A DNA stretch of 64,000 bases from Polyangia bacterium (GTDB taxonomy: Bacteria; Myxococcota_A; Polyangia; JAAYKL01), in contig JBNKCR010000055.1 of assembly GCA_050287845.1 (NCBI GenBank), forward strand, positions 1-64,000, in the 5' to 3' direction. This document shows, one piece after another, positions 48,557 to 58,202 of this stretch. Each line of letters begins with the position of its first letter. Position 1 is the first letter of the stretch. A program made the translations under genes and the position numbers. The notes beneath the pieces were generated by a model. It ran no database searches, was not told the DNA's origin, and worked only from the letters and a program-made list of their open reading frames with translations.

Positions 48557-50260
48557 ATGAGCCTATTCGTACGTATGTCATGTCTATTGTCGGGTATCTT
48601 ATTGTCTGCCAATGTTATGGCGGCCGAGACAGAAATCATCCAGCCTGTTGCTGAAATGACTCTGGCTCAGATGGAAGGCGAAGAAGAAGCTGCGGCTGAT
48701 GCAGATGCTTCAATGGAAGGCGAAGCCTCCATGGGCGACGAAGCTTCCATGGGCGGCGAAGCTTCCATGGGCGACGAAGTTGCTGAAGCTCCTGCAGACC
48801 CCGCACCGGCTCCTGCTCCCGTAGCCGAAGAAGCAACCGAAACCACCACCGACGCGGTTGCAGTAAGTGATGGCGAAGCGGATTATGGTAGCTGGAGCAC
48901 TGAATGGCACGGATATTTCCGTACTCCTTTTGCCATCGGTATCAGCAAAAGACCCGATCCTGACAATCTCGAAAACAGTGATGATAGCCTCCAGGGCAGT
49001 CCCTGGTGGGGAAGCAATCACATCTATGACAAAGAAAAGAATTATTATAACTTCGGATTCACCCGTTTGCAGGAAGGTGACTGGGCTGAGATTCTGATTA
49101 CCGCCAAACACAAACATGTTGCCGCAACCGTTGGTGGCATGGGCTGGTGGTATCAGTTCGTTGGACAGAACCGATCGGCCGCTGCATGGTTCCCCGGACT
49201 TGGTTTCATTACTTTGGACACTGATTTCGACATGGGCGGAAGGAACGCTAACATCGAGTTGAGAATGGGTGCTTTCCTCGAACCCTACGCGTACAACGGT
49301 ATTTATGATACCTATCTGATTCAGCGGTCTCACCTGGTTGGGGAGCATGTGAAATTGACCATCCCGGTCAGTGACACCTTCACCCTCGCCCTGACCCACG
49401 GTTTCGGTGCCAACAAAACCGGTTCCGGCAGCGAAGATCCGCCAATTGCTCACACGCTGGCTCACTATGCCAATGTTATCATGAACATCGGTGGTAAAGT
49501 GGACCTCGGCGTATATTACAACTCTTCATGGTCCAACGATCCTACGTTCTATGAAGATGACACGGTAGCAGCAACCATGCCAGGTACCTTTGCAGATTAT
49601 TCCGAAGCTCGCATGAGAGTGATGGGTGCGGATGTTCATCTGAGACTGCCAACGTTTGGTCATCTGTGGGCGGCACTTGACTTTATCACGGTTAAAAATG
49701 GATGGGCACTCGGTGAAGCCATCGAGGTAATGCACTCCCCGGGTGGCGCGGGTATCGCTGGCAACTTTCTGCCCAATTCCGGAACTGGCAGTGGTAGTGT
49801 TCTCAACGCTTCGTGGATTTACGAGAATTCCCTCCAGGGCTTCAAAGGCAAAGGCGTTGGCGGCGATTTCCCCGACCTGACCTTCACCGTTTTCGGAATG
49901 CTGTCGAGCGCCAGTATGGACGATGTGGCCGACGGTGCTGATGATTCCCGTATGCAGATCAAAGGCGGCTTTGATCTTACTTTCTGGCCCAAATCCTGGG
50001 TGGGTATCATGTTCCGCTATGATGGTGTAAACTTTGGCAAAGACTATGCTGCTGCTCCCACTGCAGCAGGCGATGCCCCGGAAGTTAAATATCACGTATT
50101 CACTCCACGCGTGATTTTCAAATCCAACTTCATTTCTGCTGAAAGCCTCTGGATTCAGTTCTCCAAATACGCATTCAGCGATGACGTCAACGACAACTAC
50201 TATCTGGAAGACGGTCCTGACGCACTCGTTTTCAAAATGCAAGCCAACATCGGCTGGTAA
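48557..50260 (+). CDS. Putative outer-membrane beta-barrel (candidate carbohydrate porin), family unassigned
   Basis: Signal peptide; acidic/Pro N-terminus with 18-nt EASMG(D/G) repeats; WHGYFR at the first strand; many amphipathic aromatic strands; terminal beta-signal VFKMQANIGW. It lies directly after xylFGH. Confidence 0.7.
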   Translation: MSLFVRMSCLLSGILLSANVMAAETEIIQPVAEMTLAQMEGEEEAAADADASMEGEASMGDEASMGGEASMGDEVAEAPADPAPAPAPVAEEATETTTDAVAVSDGEADYGSWSTEWHGYFRTPFAIGISKRPDPDNLENSDDSLQGSPWWGSNHIYDKEKNYYNFGFTRLQEGDWAEILITAKHKHVAATVGGMGWWYQFVGQNRSAAAWFPGLGFITLDTDFDMGGRNANIELRMGAFLEPYAYNGIYDTYLIQRSHLVGEHVKLTIPVSDTFTLALTHGFGANKTGSGSEDPPIAHTLAHYANVIMNIGGKVDLGVYYNSSWSNDPTFYEDDTVAATMPGTFADYSEARMRVMGADVHLRLPTFGHLWAALDFITVKNGWALGEAIEVMHSPGGAGIAGNFLPNSGTGSGSVLNASWIYENSLQGFKGKGVGGDFPDLTFTVFGMLSSASMDDVADGADDSRMQIKGGFDLTFWPKSWVGIMFRYDGVNFGKDYAAAPTAAGDAPEVKYHVFTPRVIFKSNFISAESLWIQFSKYAFSDDVNDNYYLEDGPDALVFKMQANIGW

Positions 50261-50291
50261 AAAACAGCAATTCAAAAAGTTGACTGTTTTC
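50261..50291 (+). terminator. Putative intrinsic terminator after the porin-like gene
   Basis: Imperfect hairpin AAAACAG-CAA…TTG-A-CTGTTTT immediately after the stop codon. Confidence 0.45.
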
Positions 50292-50653
50292 TCCTGAACA
50301 ACCACATTTCCTGAAATCTTCACATCTTGCTGTTAAACACAATGTTTGACTCATTCAAACAAATGTCTCTCTATTTGATGAAGCACGAGTATCTTCAGCA
50401 TGTTCAATCCTCCGGCCAGCACGGTTGCAACCACCGGAATAGCCTCCCCACGGCCTCAATTCTCATGTGTATTCAATTGAAATGGTCCTTAATGGTACGA
50501 AGTCTGCCAAGTGCAGAATCTGGGAGAACAGATTCCAATACATAGAATGAACGTTGGTTGGATATACCGAGGCGGGCGGTGGAGATAGAGGCAAGAGGGC
50601 CGATTGAAAAACACAATGCCTACAGTGGCGGATATGCGTTTTCCACCAACACT

Positions 50654-51220
50654 TTAAAGCCCTTCCTCAAACCATCTGCCAGCATGGGGGCACCGTGCGC
50701 CGGTACTAATCCCCTGCCCTTTCGTGGTTTCATCATCCTCGGCGTATCGATTTACGTCATTCGGGCCACACATGGAGTCGTATTTTTTGTTCTTGTCGTT
50801 GGGATGAATGTTGTCATTCTCTCCGTCATTTGATAACGAATTGTTTGCTCCGTTATCGTTATAATACGTGTTGCTTGAATCACAACAAATCTGTTGCGCA
50901 TCTGAGCAGTTGCCTTCGGTTACCTGCATCTTCGTGGGGCACTCCTCCCAATTTATTTTGCAGGTACACCTGCACATTGAACTTTAGTCCCCGACACAGC
51001 AGCAAGTCTCTCACATTCTTATGCAATTTCCGTCCTTATACTCGACGTGACCAGAACTTGTCTCTCTGAGATTGTCAGAGGTAGCAATTGTCTGATCGTG
51101 CGAATCCGAATTGCTTAACCAAGCCAGAGAATCGTCAGTGCACCCGAGAAAGCAGAAAGATGAAATAATTAAAAGAAATGTACCAAACAGATAAAAGCGA
51201 AATCCGACAATAATCAGTAG
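50654..51220 (-). pseudogene. Decayed Cys-module lipoprotein gene
   Basis: One frame reads …FLLIISSFCFLGCTDDS…DGNCIRM*ETCCCVGD*SSMCRCTCKINWEECPTKMQVTEGNCSDAQQICCD…: a lipobox, two in-frame stops and no start codon. Confidence 0.5.
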
Positions 51221-51289
51221 TTGCCCTCACGGACTAAAGAAGAGATTAATGGGAGATTTGTAAAGACTGTTGGCGGGTTTATCTGATTA

Positions 51290-51327
51290 GAAAGGAAGCC
51301 GATTTCAGCGTGAATTCGGCTTCCCTG
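51290..51327 (-). terminator. Putative intrinsic terminator after the GH12-like gene
   Basis: Minus strand reads GGAAGCCGA-ATTCACGCTGAAA-TCGGCTTCC followed by TTTCT, about 20 nt after the stop. Confidence 0.65.
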
Positions 51328-51344
51328 AAACTGAAAATCTGAAC

Positions 51345-53717
51345 TCAGTTCTGAACATCAATGGTGAATTCATTCACCTTGGTACCAGTGGGATTACCGC
51401 CCCATATCTCAAATCCGGCAAATACGTCTGAGAGATACCAACTGGAATCCAGTTTAAAACCACCATAGTCTTTGGAAGTGGCGTCATCCATCATATCTTT
51501 CAGGTCACAACTGAAGTTCTGGACATCGCTCTTGGCCACGTAAGAAATCACCGGGCGATTGGAGCTAAGAGACGGATAGTCTGGCGAGTTGCCACGGGGA
51601 CCGGCCCATACATCCCAACTCTGACCACAGAAGCTGGCAGATCCCTGAACCGAGCCAATGGGTTGTCTGCCGCCGGGCTTGTGCAGCCACAGCATCGCAA
51701 ATCCGGAAACAGCATCGCCGTATTCTTCGCCACCATATGGCGGGTTGTCGTTGGAGAACCAGATGTCATACGTCACGTTAGAATCGTCAAGTCCGCTGCC
51801 GCTCCATTTAAACGTGCTCTGAGCACTGGAAATGTCACTGATTCGCGATGGAAGATTGTCGGTTCTGGTTGTGGTCAATGCTTTGTTGCCATTCTGTCCT
51901 ACATAAATAGACGGGAAAGACACTGGAACGCCGCCCCCCTGTGAGCTACCGCTGAAATGCGTAATCTCGAAGCTGTTATTTTCGAAAGACAACTCCTGAT
52001 ACCCACTGGTTGACCCCCAATAATTGTTCTGAATGATGTATTCCTTACCGTCAACAGTTACCTGTTTCCTGTCAAAGTTTGCGTCTTCACCACCATCACC
52101 GCCAACTGTTCCTTTCAACGTCATCGGACCAACCTCAAATCCATCAGGGGCATCGTCTTCAGAGTTACCTTCAGCAAAACCAAGTACGCAGAAGTTATAC
52201 TCAGTTGGTGCCTCGCTATCACCAGGTACCAGGAACACCACTGCTGAAATGGGTTCATTGTTGTATGCTTTTCCGGTCCATTCATTCTCATCCAGGTAGG
52301 TGGCTTCCCAACATTTGGTGTTGAACTCAGAATATGGTGCAAAAACCTTCACACCACTGGATGCACCAGCGCCGGTTACCCCGAGGTCATAACACCAACG
52401 CTCATCAGGATTATCTCCCCCATTTTCGGTCTGAATCTGAATACGAATGGTTGCAGACGTCACATTACTGGCGATATTCACTGCGATACCATTTTCCTTG
52501 ACTTCAACTGGTGGCGGACCTTCACCGGTGACGGCACCCGGATCATAGGAGCAGTCTGCAGTGTCCGCATCCTCATTAATATTGAATCCAAGAAGTGCCA
52601 CGGCGTCGTAGGAATCGCCAACAGCGCCCTCTATGCAGAAGTTTTCGGTATCGCCTCTTTTCAGAAAGTCTTTGGGCTCTGCAGTGGTTGCCTCTTCAAG
52701 GGTATCCCCATCAATGTCGTCGCCCACTTCCAGATCGTCAACGCCGGTCCACGCGCAACCGTGCCAATCCCCCGTTTGAACATAGCCATTGCCATTGTCT
52801 GCATCGCCATCACTGTCGCTATCGGAATCGCTGTCAGAATCGCTGTCAGAATCGCTATCCGTATCGGAATCAGAGTCAGTTGGTGTGATTTCCTTGCCAC
52901 CAGTCGCAATCAGACTTTCCAGGCAGAAATCGTACTCAATCTCATCAGTATTGTGTCCGGGAACCAGCAACATAATGGCTTCAATGGGATCTTCTCCGTT
53001 ATATGAATCTCCACCGGCCTCCCAGCAAGCTTCAGTGAGATCATCCCATTTCACGGAGTTGGAACCATCATCAATCGTAGTACAATATTCACCACCACCT
53101 GTGGTCTTCACCTGCAGCCGCAAAGTGAAGCTACCATTCAGGTTGACGTCAACATCAATGCCATCATTATCGCTGGTGGGCTCCCATGAACCTGCTTTAC
53201 TGGAGCCTTCGGCCTGTCCTGCATTCACTCCGAGAATCCCAACAGAGCCCCAATCCTCATCGGCAGCGGTATTGCCGGTAACACAAAGCTCACTGGCACC
53301 TGCCGCAACTCCCTTAAAATCTTCCGGGTCAATTGCAGCGCCGTCAACTTCGCCAGCCGAAGTCCACGCATAGCCATGCGCGGCGCCAGCGCATACGTAC
53401 CCACCAGCCTTGATTTCGAACGATACATTATCACAGGAGTGATCGACGTCACCATCCGAATCACTGTCGCTATCCGAATCACTGTCGCTATCCGAATCAC
53501 TGTCACCATCTGAATCGCTGTCGCTATCCGAATCGCTGTCACCATCCGAATCGCTGTCGCTATCTGAATCGCTATCGCTATCTGAATCGCTGTCGCTATC
53601 TGAATCTGAATCCGAATCGCTATCGGAATCACTGCTGGTGTTAATTGGAGTTTGCGCTGGATCAGAACCGCATGCAGCAAACCACAATACCAAAAATAGA
53701 AATAATAATCGTTTCAT
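51345..53717 (-). CDS. Lipoprotein with DS linkers, two copies of an unassigned Cys-containing domain and a C-terminal GH12-like domain
   Basis: GGAGG RBS and lipobox FAAC. Repeated domain GYV..G..HG.AWT…C…LR.Q…C…CWE…LVPG…EY.FC. GH12 motifs [28 protein letters not shown] and [12 protein letters not shown]. Confidence 0.8.
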   Translation of the reverse strand: MKRLLFLFLVLWFAACGSDPAQTPINTSSDSDSDSDSDSDSDSDSDSDSDSDSDSDSDGDSDSDSDSDSDGDSDSDSDSDSDSDSDSDGDVDHSCDNVSFEIKAGGYVCAGAAHGYAWTSAGEVDGAAIDPEDFKGVAAGASELCVTGNTAADEDWGSVGILGVNAGQAEGSSKAGSWEPTSDNDGIDVDVNLNGSFTLRLQVKTTGGGEYCTTIDDGSNSVKWDDLTEACWEAGGDSYNGEDPIEAIMLLVPGHNTDEIEYDFCLESLIATGGKEITPTDSDSDTDSDSDSDSDSDSDSDSDGDADNGNGYVQTGDWHGCAWTGVDDLEVGDDIDGDTLEEATTAEPKDFLKRGDTENFCIEGAVGDSYDAVALLGFNINEDADTADCSYDPGAVTGEGPPPVEVKENGIAVNIASNVTSATIRIQIQTENGGDNPDERWCYDLGVTGAGASSGVKVFAPYSEFNTKCWEATYLDENEWTGKAYNNEPISAVVFLVPGDSEAPTEYNFCVLGFAEGNSEDDAPDGFEVGPMTLKGTVGGDGGEDANFDRKQVTVDGKEYIIQNNYWGSTSGYQELSFENNSFEITHFSGSSQGGGVPVSFPSIYVGQNGNKALTTTRTDNLPSRISDISSAQSTFKWSGSGLDDSNVTYDIWFSNDNPPYGGEEYGDAVSGFAMLWLHKPGGRQPIGSVQGSASFCGQSWDVWAGPRGNSPDYPSLSSNRPVISYVAKSDVQNFSCDLKDMMDDATSKDYGGFKLDSSWYLSDVFAGFEIWGGNPTGTKVNEFTIDVQN
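53446..53634 (-). repeat. (DS)n hexamer coding repeat; a second tract lies at about 52801-52878
   Basis: GAY-TCN/AGY hexamers encoding about 60 aa of DSDSDS. Confidence 0.9.
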
Positions 53718-54112
53718 TGCTTTTTTGTCCTCCCAAAAACTTAAGAAGAAAAAGTTAAGCCACCCAATTACGAATGTGGCATGGTTTATTTGAATTATAT
53801 GTTAATTGTCTACTCCAGATTAAGCATGCAAAGCAAAGCTATTCAACATTAACACAACGGTCACCAATTGTGTGGAGAAATTTTGATATTTTCAAAACTC
53901 CAATCCAATTTCGCTACAAAAATCATATTATAAATATTCCCATGATATTTTTTGAACACTCAAATCTTTATTAAATAAAAGAAAAAGCACGGTGAATTTT
54001 CCCAAATGCTCACGTTACAGTCCCAACGCATCGGCAAAAAAGGACAAAATTATTTTTAAATTACATTCACACAGGACAGCGAAATAACAACAATAATTTC
54101 AAGTCATTGTTT

Positions 54113-54727
54113 TTATTTGCAAAAAATAAGGCTGTACCTTCTCCATTTTGCGAATCGCGGCTGATAGAGCGGCCGCATCGCCAACCATATGAAAACAACG
54201 ACTGCACCAATCCGCGCCAAAACCTCAATCATCATTCGAAATCGTGGATAAACGAACCAGTCCACTCGCCTCACAACCATAAAAACACCAATCAGCGTTA
54301 CCGCTGCAACCAGCAATCCGAGCCCAAAGCGCCAGCCGCTGTTCAGCTATCGCGTTTAACCTATCTGCAACGATTCATCCGGCCACCTCGATATTGCCGC
54401 CCCGTGGCAGAATACTTCGCAATTTTTCATAACCACGATGTGCTCTGGCGCTGACCACACCCCTGCACTCTGGCAATCTCGCTGAAGCTCATCTGTTCAA
54501 AGAAGTGCAGATAAATCACTATTAAATTCGTTCCGACTCTGATGAATGTGAATAAACGTCTGCTGAACCGTATCCTGCGACTAAGTATCTGACCGACATC
54601 CATCGGATTCAACATTCTAATCCGCGCATTCGTGTCCATTTCACCGCATTCTCTACTCCCTGTGTTGATAGTGCATGCCGTCTATTCGGCGTTCGCAGGG
54701 AGTACGCGGCATCCCGGAAAGTGTTAA
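54113..54727 (-). pseudogene. Collapsed remnant of a paralogous promoter-spondin-ECF sigma-NrsF operon
   Basis: Colinear fragments matching 12716-15861: promoter/leader; MDTNARIRMLNPMDVG; SQDTVQQTFIHIHQSRNEF; VIYLHFFEQMSFSEIARVQG; ARAHRGYEKLRSILP; ATGA overlap at 54375-54378; MNRCR*VK; RRVDWFVYP…WLAMRP. Confidence 0.88.
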
Positions 54728-54751
54728 AAATGAAAAATCAGTGGAGGAAGG

Positions 54752-55657
54752 TCAATCCGAAACGATTGCGCAAAAATCTCCGAAGCTACTCTCGCACGAC
54801 ACAGGACATGCATGGCAATACAGGCATTCCATCAACTTTTCATAGTCCACCACACCATCAGGGTGAGTGGCATAGCAATCGTTCACACAAATCTGTTTGC
54901 CAATTTCCGTGGGTTTGGCGTCGCATTCCTTTACACAGAGTCGAAGCCCTGTACATAATTCATTCGCGTCACAAATTTCAACCGCAGCAATGCATGTCGA
55001 CTCCAGGGCGCAGGGAACGCAGTCAGCAAGACAACTGGTTGCACCCGGGTCACATCCCTGTCCGCCGCCACAATCTCCGTTATCCATAAAACATTCAACG
55101 TTGTTGCAGATTTCATTGCACACGCCGTTGCCGAGCATCACGTTGCCGCAACCGGGGGAACACTCAACCACGTCATCGCAATCGCCGCCATCATCACCAC
55201 ACCCTTCACCCAGACACTGATAATTGCACTCCCCGTCACCAATCATATCCGCGTCACATCCAGGTACGCACCCATGAACCGGACTGGTCCCGCAATCACC
55301 GCCATCAAAGTCACAGACGTCCACATTGCAGGGGGCATTGCAAACGCCATCGTTTATATCATTTATAAGACAATCATCCGCACAGTGCTCATTGTCACAA
55401 TCGCCATCATCAAACCCGCAAGGCAAATTCTTGCATGCCACGTCGCAGGCGCCGTTGCCCCGCATAGCGTCCATACAGCCTTCATTACACACCATGGGAA
55501 TTTCAGTGGAACTCCCAGTTTCTGAATCTTCGCCCCCACCATTGCCTTTGGAGTAGTCATCCAGACCCGAAATCTGAGCGCAACCGGAAACTGCCCCAAT
55601 TGCCATTGCGCCAATGAAACCCGCCACAACAGTAGAGAATCGAACTCGATTGTACAT
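54752..55657 (-). CDS. Cys-rich lipoprotein with four LNR (Lin-12/Notch)-like repeats
   Basis: Lipobox VSGC; four repeats C…(G/N)(N/D)G.C…C….C..D.GDC; a further Cys-rich C-terminal domain. Confidence 0.8.
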   Translation of the reverse strand: MYNRVRFSTVVAGFIGAMAIGAVSGCAQISGLDDYSKGNGGGEDSETGSSTEIPMVCNEGCMDAMRGNGACDVACKNLPCGFDDGDCDNEHCADDCLINDINDGVCNAPCNVDVCDFDGGDCGTSPVHGCVPGCDADMIGDGECNYQCLGEGCGDDGGDCDDVVECSPGCGNVMLGNGVCNEICNNVECFMDNGDCGGGQGCDPGATSCLADCVPCALESTCIAAVEICDANELCTGLRLCVKECDAKPTEIGKQICVNDCYATHPDGVVDYEKLMECLYCHACPVSCESSFGDFCAIVSD

Positions 55658-55671
55658 CAGCTTCCCCCTAT

Positions 55672-56766
55672 TCAGAATTTCCCGACAACCACCAGCGCAC
55701 CCGTTCTCTCAATGATCAATGGCACCAGATGAACCGCCGTAAGCTTTTCTTTTCGTTTGCGACCCACCAGATACAGCACGAGACCGGTACCGGCAACCAC
55801 CACACCGCCCGCCAGAAAAATATTTGCGGACACGCCGTACCCCATTGCATTGTCATACGCCTCCATCTCTTCTGCGCCACTGCACTCCCGGGTACTGGAA
55901 TCACATAAATCCTTCACATCCTGCGTTTTCGAGAGCGACATGCCCCCCATGACCCCTCCCAGTACAGTGATAGCACCTCCAACCCCCATCAGCACTGCAC
56001 CGGCAATCCGAAGTTTGCGCCCGTCATTTCTTTCAGTGGACGACATTCTCTCCCTATCGTCGGACCCAGTGGTATTCCTCCCCTGTGCTGACATATGCTC
56101 ATTGTTCAATATCGGAACCGACGATGGCGTCTCGGGAGCCTTCCGAATCTCATCGGTCGGTTGTTCTTGCCCGGCCGGGTTATCCGCAACTTCCGCCGGC
56201 AACTCCTCTACCTCAACAGTGGTCTCATCTCCTCCACTTAAGCGCACATTGCGTTCCAGAAGGGTGGTTTCATCCTGTATTACTGTGAGTTTATGACGCT
56301 TCCCTGCGGTGACTTTAATTGGTCCTTCAAGGGGGATAACGCCTCGTTCCACATCGTCAATTAAAACCCTTGCACCACCGGGTCCACGGACATCCACTGA
56401 CGCAACCATCAGGCGAAGCCGACGAATTTCAGCAAGGACTTCGTCCTTTCGCTCCAAGCCAATTTCATCTCCTCCATCCGCAAGAAACAGCTCAAACGCC
56501 CGTAACGCCAATCCATACCTTTTGGCGGCGGATTCGGCCTGGGCAATATTGAATTGAATTTTCCATGATGGCTTTTCCCGATATGCTTCCCGAAAAGCGT
56601 CTGCGGCGGCGGCGTATTGCTCTTCTGAAAAAAGCTCAGTTCCTCGCTGAAACGCCAACCTGGCGCGGGATTCCGCATCATTGGGAGCAACGCCATCATC
56701 CGCGGCAACAGTTGCGGAACACGCCAGAAGTATCGCGGATAATAAAGTAGAGAATATCGCTATCAT
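55672..56766 (-). CDS. Secreted TPR + PEGA-like protein with C-terminal hydrophobic helices
   Basis: ARLAFQRGTELF…AADAFREAY…FNIAQ; PEGA-like GARVLIDD…VTAGKRH; terminal …VVVGKF. Confidence 0.82.
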   Translation of the reverse strand: MIAIFSTLLSAILLACSATVAADDGVAPNDAESRARLAFQRGTELFSEEQYAAAADAFREAYREKPSWKIQFNIAQAESAAKRYGLALRAFELFLADGGDEIGLERKDEVLAEIRRLRLMVASVDVRGPGGARVLIDDVERGVIPLEGPIKVTAGKRHKLTVIQDETTLLERNVRLSGGDETTVEVEELPAEVADNPAGQEQPTDEIRKAPETPSSVPILNNEHMSAQGRNTTGSDDRERMSSTERNDGRKLRIAGAVLMGVGGAITVLGGVMGGMSLSKTQDVKDLCDSSTRECSGAEEMEAYDNAMGYGVSANIFLAGGVVVAGTGLVLYLVGRKRKEKLTAVHLVPLIIERTGALVVVGKF

Positions 56767-56928
56767 TACTGCTCTCTTCCATTGAATCGTGCGCGGTTCT
56801 TCCTATAAATCTGGATCAGAAACCAGCGTTGTCCAACCGGCGAGATTCAGTATCGACCCAATATGTATTGAATATTGTCCCGCCTTAAACGACCCTTTAC
56901 AGGTTCAATGAAGGTCTGACGACCTTGT

Positions 56929-57336
56929 CTACGTGCGTTCCGGCCGCATCTGGAGGATAGATTTTAATATTTTTCGACTGGCTTCCCCCGGTCGCGCAGA
57001 CGTATTTACGCTGAAAACAAACTCTCTCAACCTCTCCCGTTGTGAATCGCTTCCATGAAGGAACTGCAATCCAAGTCCGCTCCCCATATCCCATATGTCC
57101 TGGCCCGGTATGAAAGACCTGGCTACTCTGGAAATGAAAAGATATGAAGTATCCATGTTGGGCAGCCAGATTTTACAGAGCAGGATTTCCCCAACCTGAA
57201 ACTCCAGCGATGTTCGAATGAACATTCCTCCGGTACTGATATTCTGCATTCGCATCCGAAGCGGTGGATAGAAGGGCGCACTGTAGATCTCAACTGGCAA
57301 TGAAGCAGCTACGCGCATTGGCCGATATTGCTGCAT
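56929..57336 (-). CDS. PilZ-domain protein
   Basis: AAGGAGG RBS, NISTGGMFI and GLGLQF. The N-terminal RxxxR motif is imperfect (QQYRPMR). Confidence 0.8.
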   Translation of the reverse strand: MQQYRPMRVAASLPVEIYSAPFYPPLRMRMQNISTGGMFIRTSLEFQVGEILLCKIWLPNMDTSYLFISRVARSFIPGQDIWDMGSGLGLQFLHGSDSQRERLREFVFSVNTSARPGEASRKILKSILQMRPERT

Positions 57337-57492
57337 GTCGACCTCCTTCTTCTGATTCAATAATAATAACGGAAAAACGACCCGCAATTGTGTCACAAGA
57401 TACCCGTCCGGGTAACCTGGAACTCCACTGAAGGTGCAATCAAATTATTGATTTGGAGGAGACGGCGCTGTGTTCATCTGCTTTGATTGGGT

Positions 57493-57708
57493 CTATCGGG
57501 TTTGCCGCAGTCGCTCAATAAGGACGAACGCCAGGGCGGCGCGTTCGTTCCGTGAAAAAGAGTTTTCAAGTCTCTCCAGTTCAGACTGAATGCGCGGAGA
57601 GGATTCCGGATCTTCGTTGGCAAGATGAAACGCATCGTCCAGTTGTCCCGGTGAAATGCAATAGGCCGATGGACCACCCATTAAACTTCTAGCTGCCATT
57701 CCCATCAC
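57493..57708 (-). CDS. Small hypothetical protein downstream of the IscA-family gene
   Basis: A strong AGGAGG RBS overlapping the upstream stop and a 71-aa open frame. Confidence 0.65.
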   Translation of the reverse strand: MMGMAARSLMGGPSAYCISPGQLDDAFHLANEDPESSPRIQSELERLENSFSRNERAALAFVLIERLRQTR

Positions 57709-57714
57709 ATCCTC

Positions 57715-58035
57715 CTAACATCCAAAGCTGGAACCACACGCACATGCTTTCTGCGCATTCGGATTGGAGATTCTGAATCCGGATTCCACCAGGTCATCAG
57801 AAAAATCGATATGTAGTCCATCGAGATACTGAGCCGAATCCGGATCAGTCACCACTTTCAGTTCATCTTCATGGTAGACTACCTGGTCCCCTTCCCGGAT
57901 GGTATCATCAAGGAGCATACTATACGACATTCCCGCACAGCCTCCCGGAGTTACCGCCAAGCGGAGATAGGCGTCTTTTCCCACTCCGCCGGCACTGAGT
58001 TCCTTTTTTGCTTTATCGCTGATATTCAATTGCAT
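57715..58035 (-). CDS. A-type Fe-S cluster carrier (IscA/ErpA/HesB family)
   Basis: GGCAGMSY and F.I.NPNA…CACGSSF. AAGGAG RBS before ATG 58035. Confidence 0.93.
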   Translation of the reverse strand: MQLNISDKAKKELSAGGVGKDAYLRLAVTPGGCAGMSYSMLLDDTIREGDQVVYHEDELKVVTDPDSAQYLDGLHIDFSDDLVESGFRISNPNAQKACACGSSFGC

Positions 58036-58202
58036 TACTTTCTCCTTAATCAAAATTTGCTCAATCAACTGGAACAAAAATTAAGACCGCAAACAGATGA
58101 GTCAAGTCTGCTGAATAAAAAACTGGTATTCAAATGCCAGAATTATTCCCGAATATTTTCAGCAAATTAAGGTTGATTCAAGATTATATATATAATGCGC
58201 GG

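Noticed and set aside
54113..54316. RRVDW segment as a CreD C-terminus
   Set aside because: It aligns much better, and in context, with the anti-sigma gene at 15046-15861.
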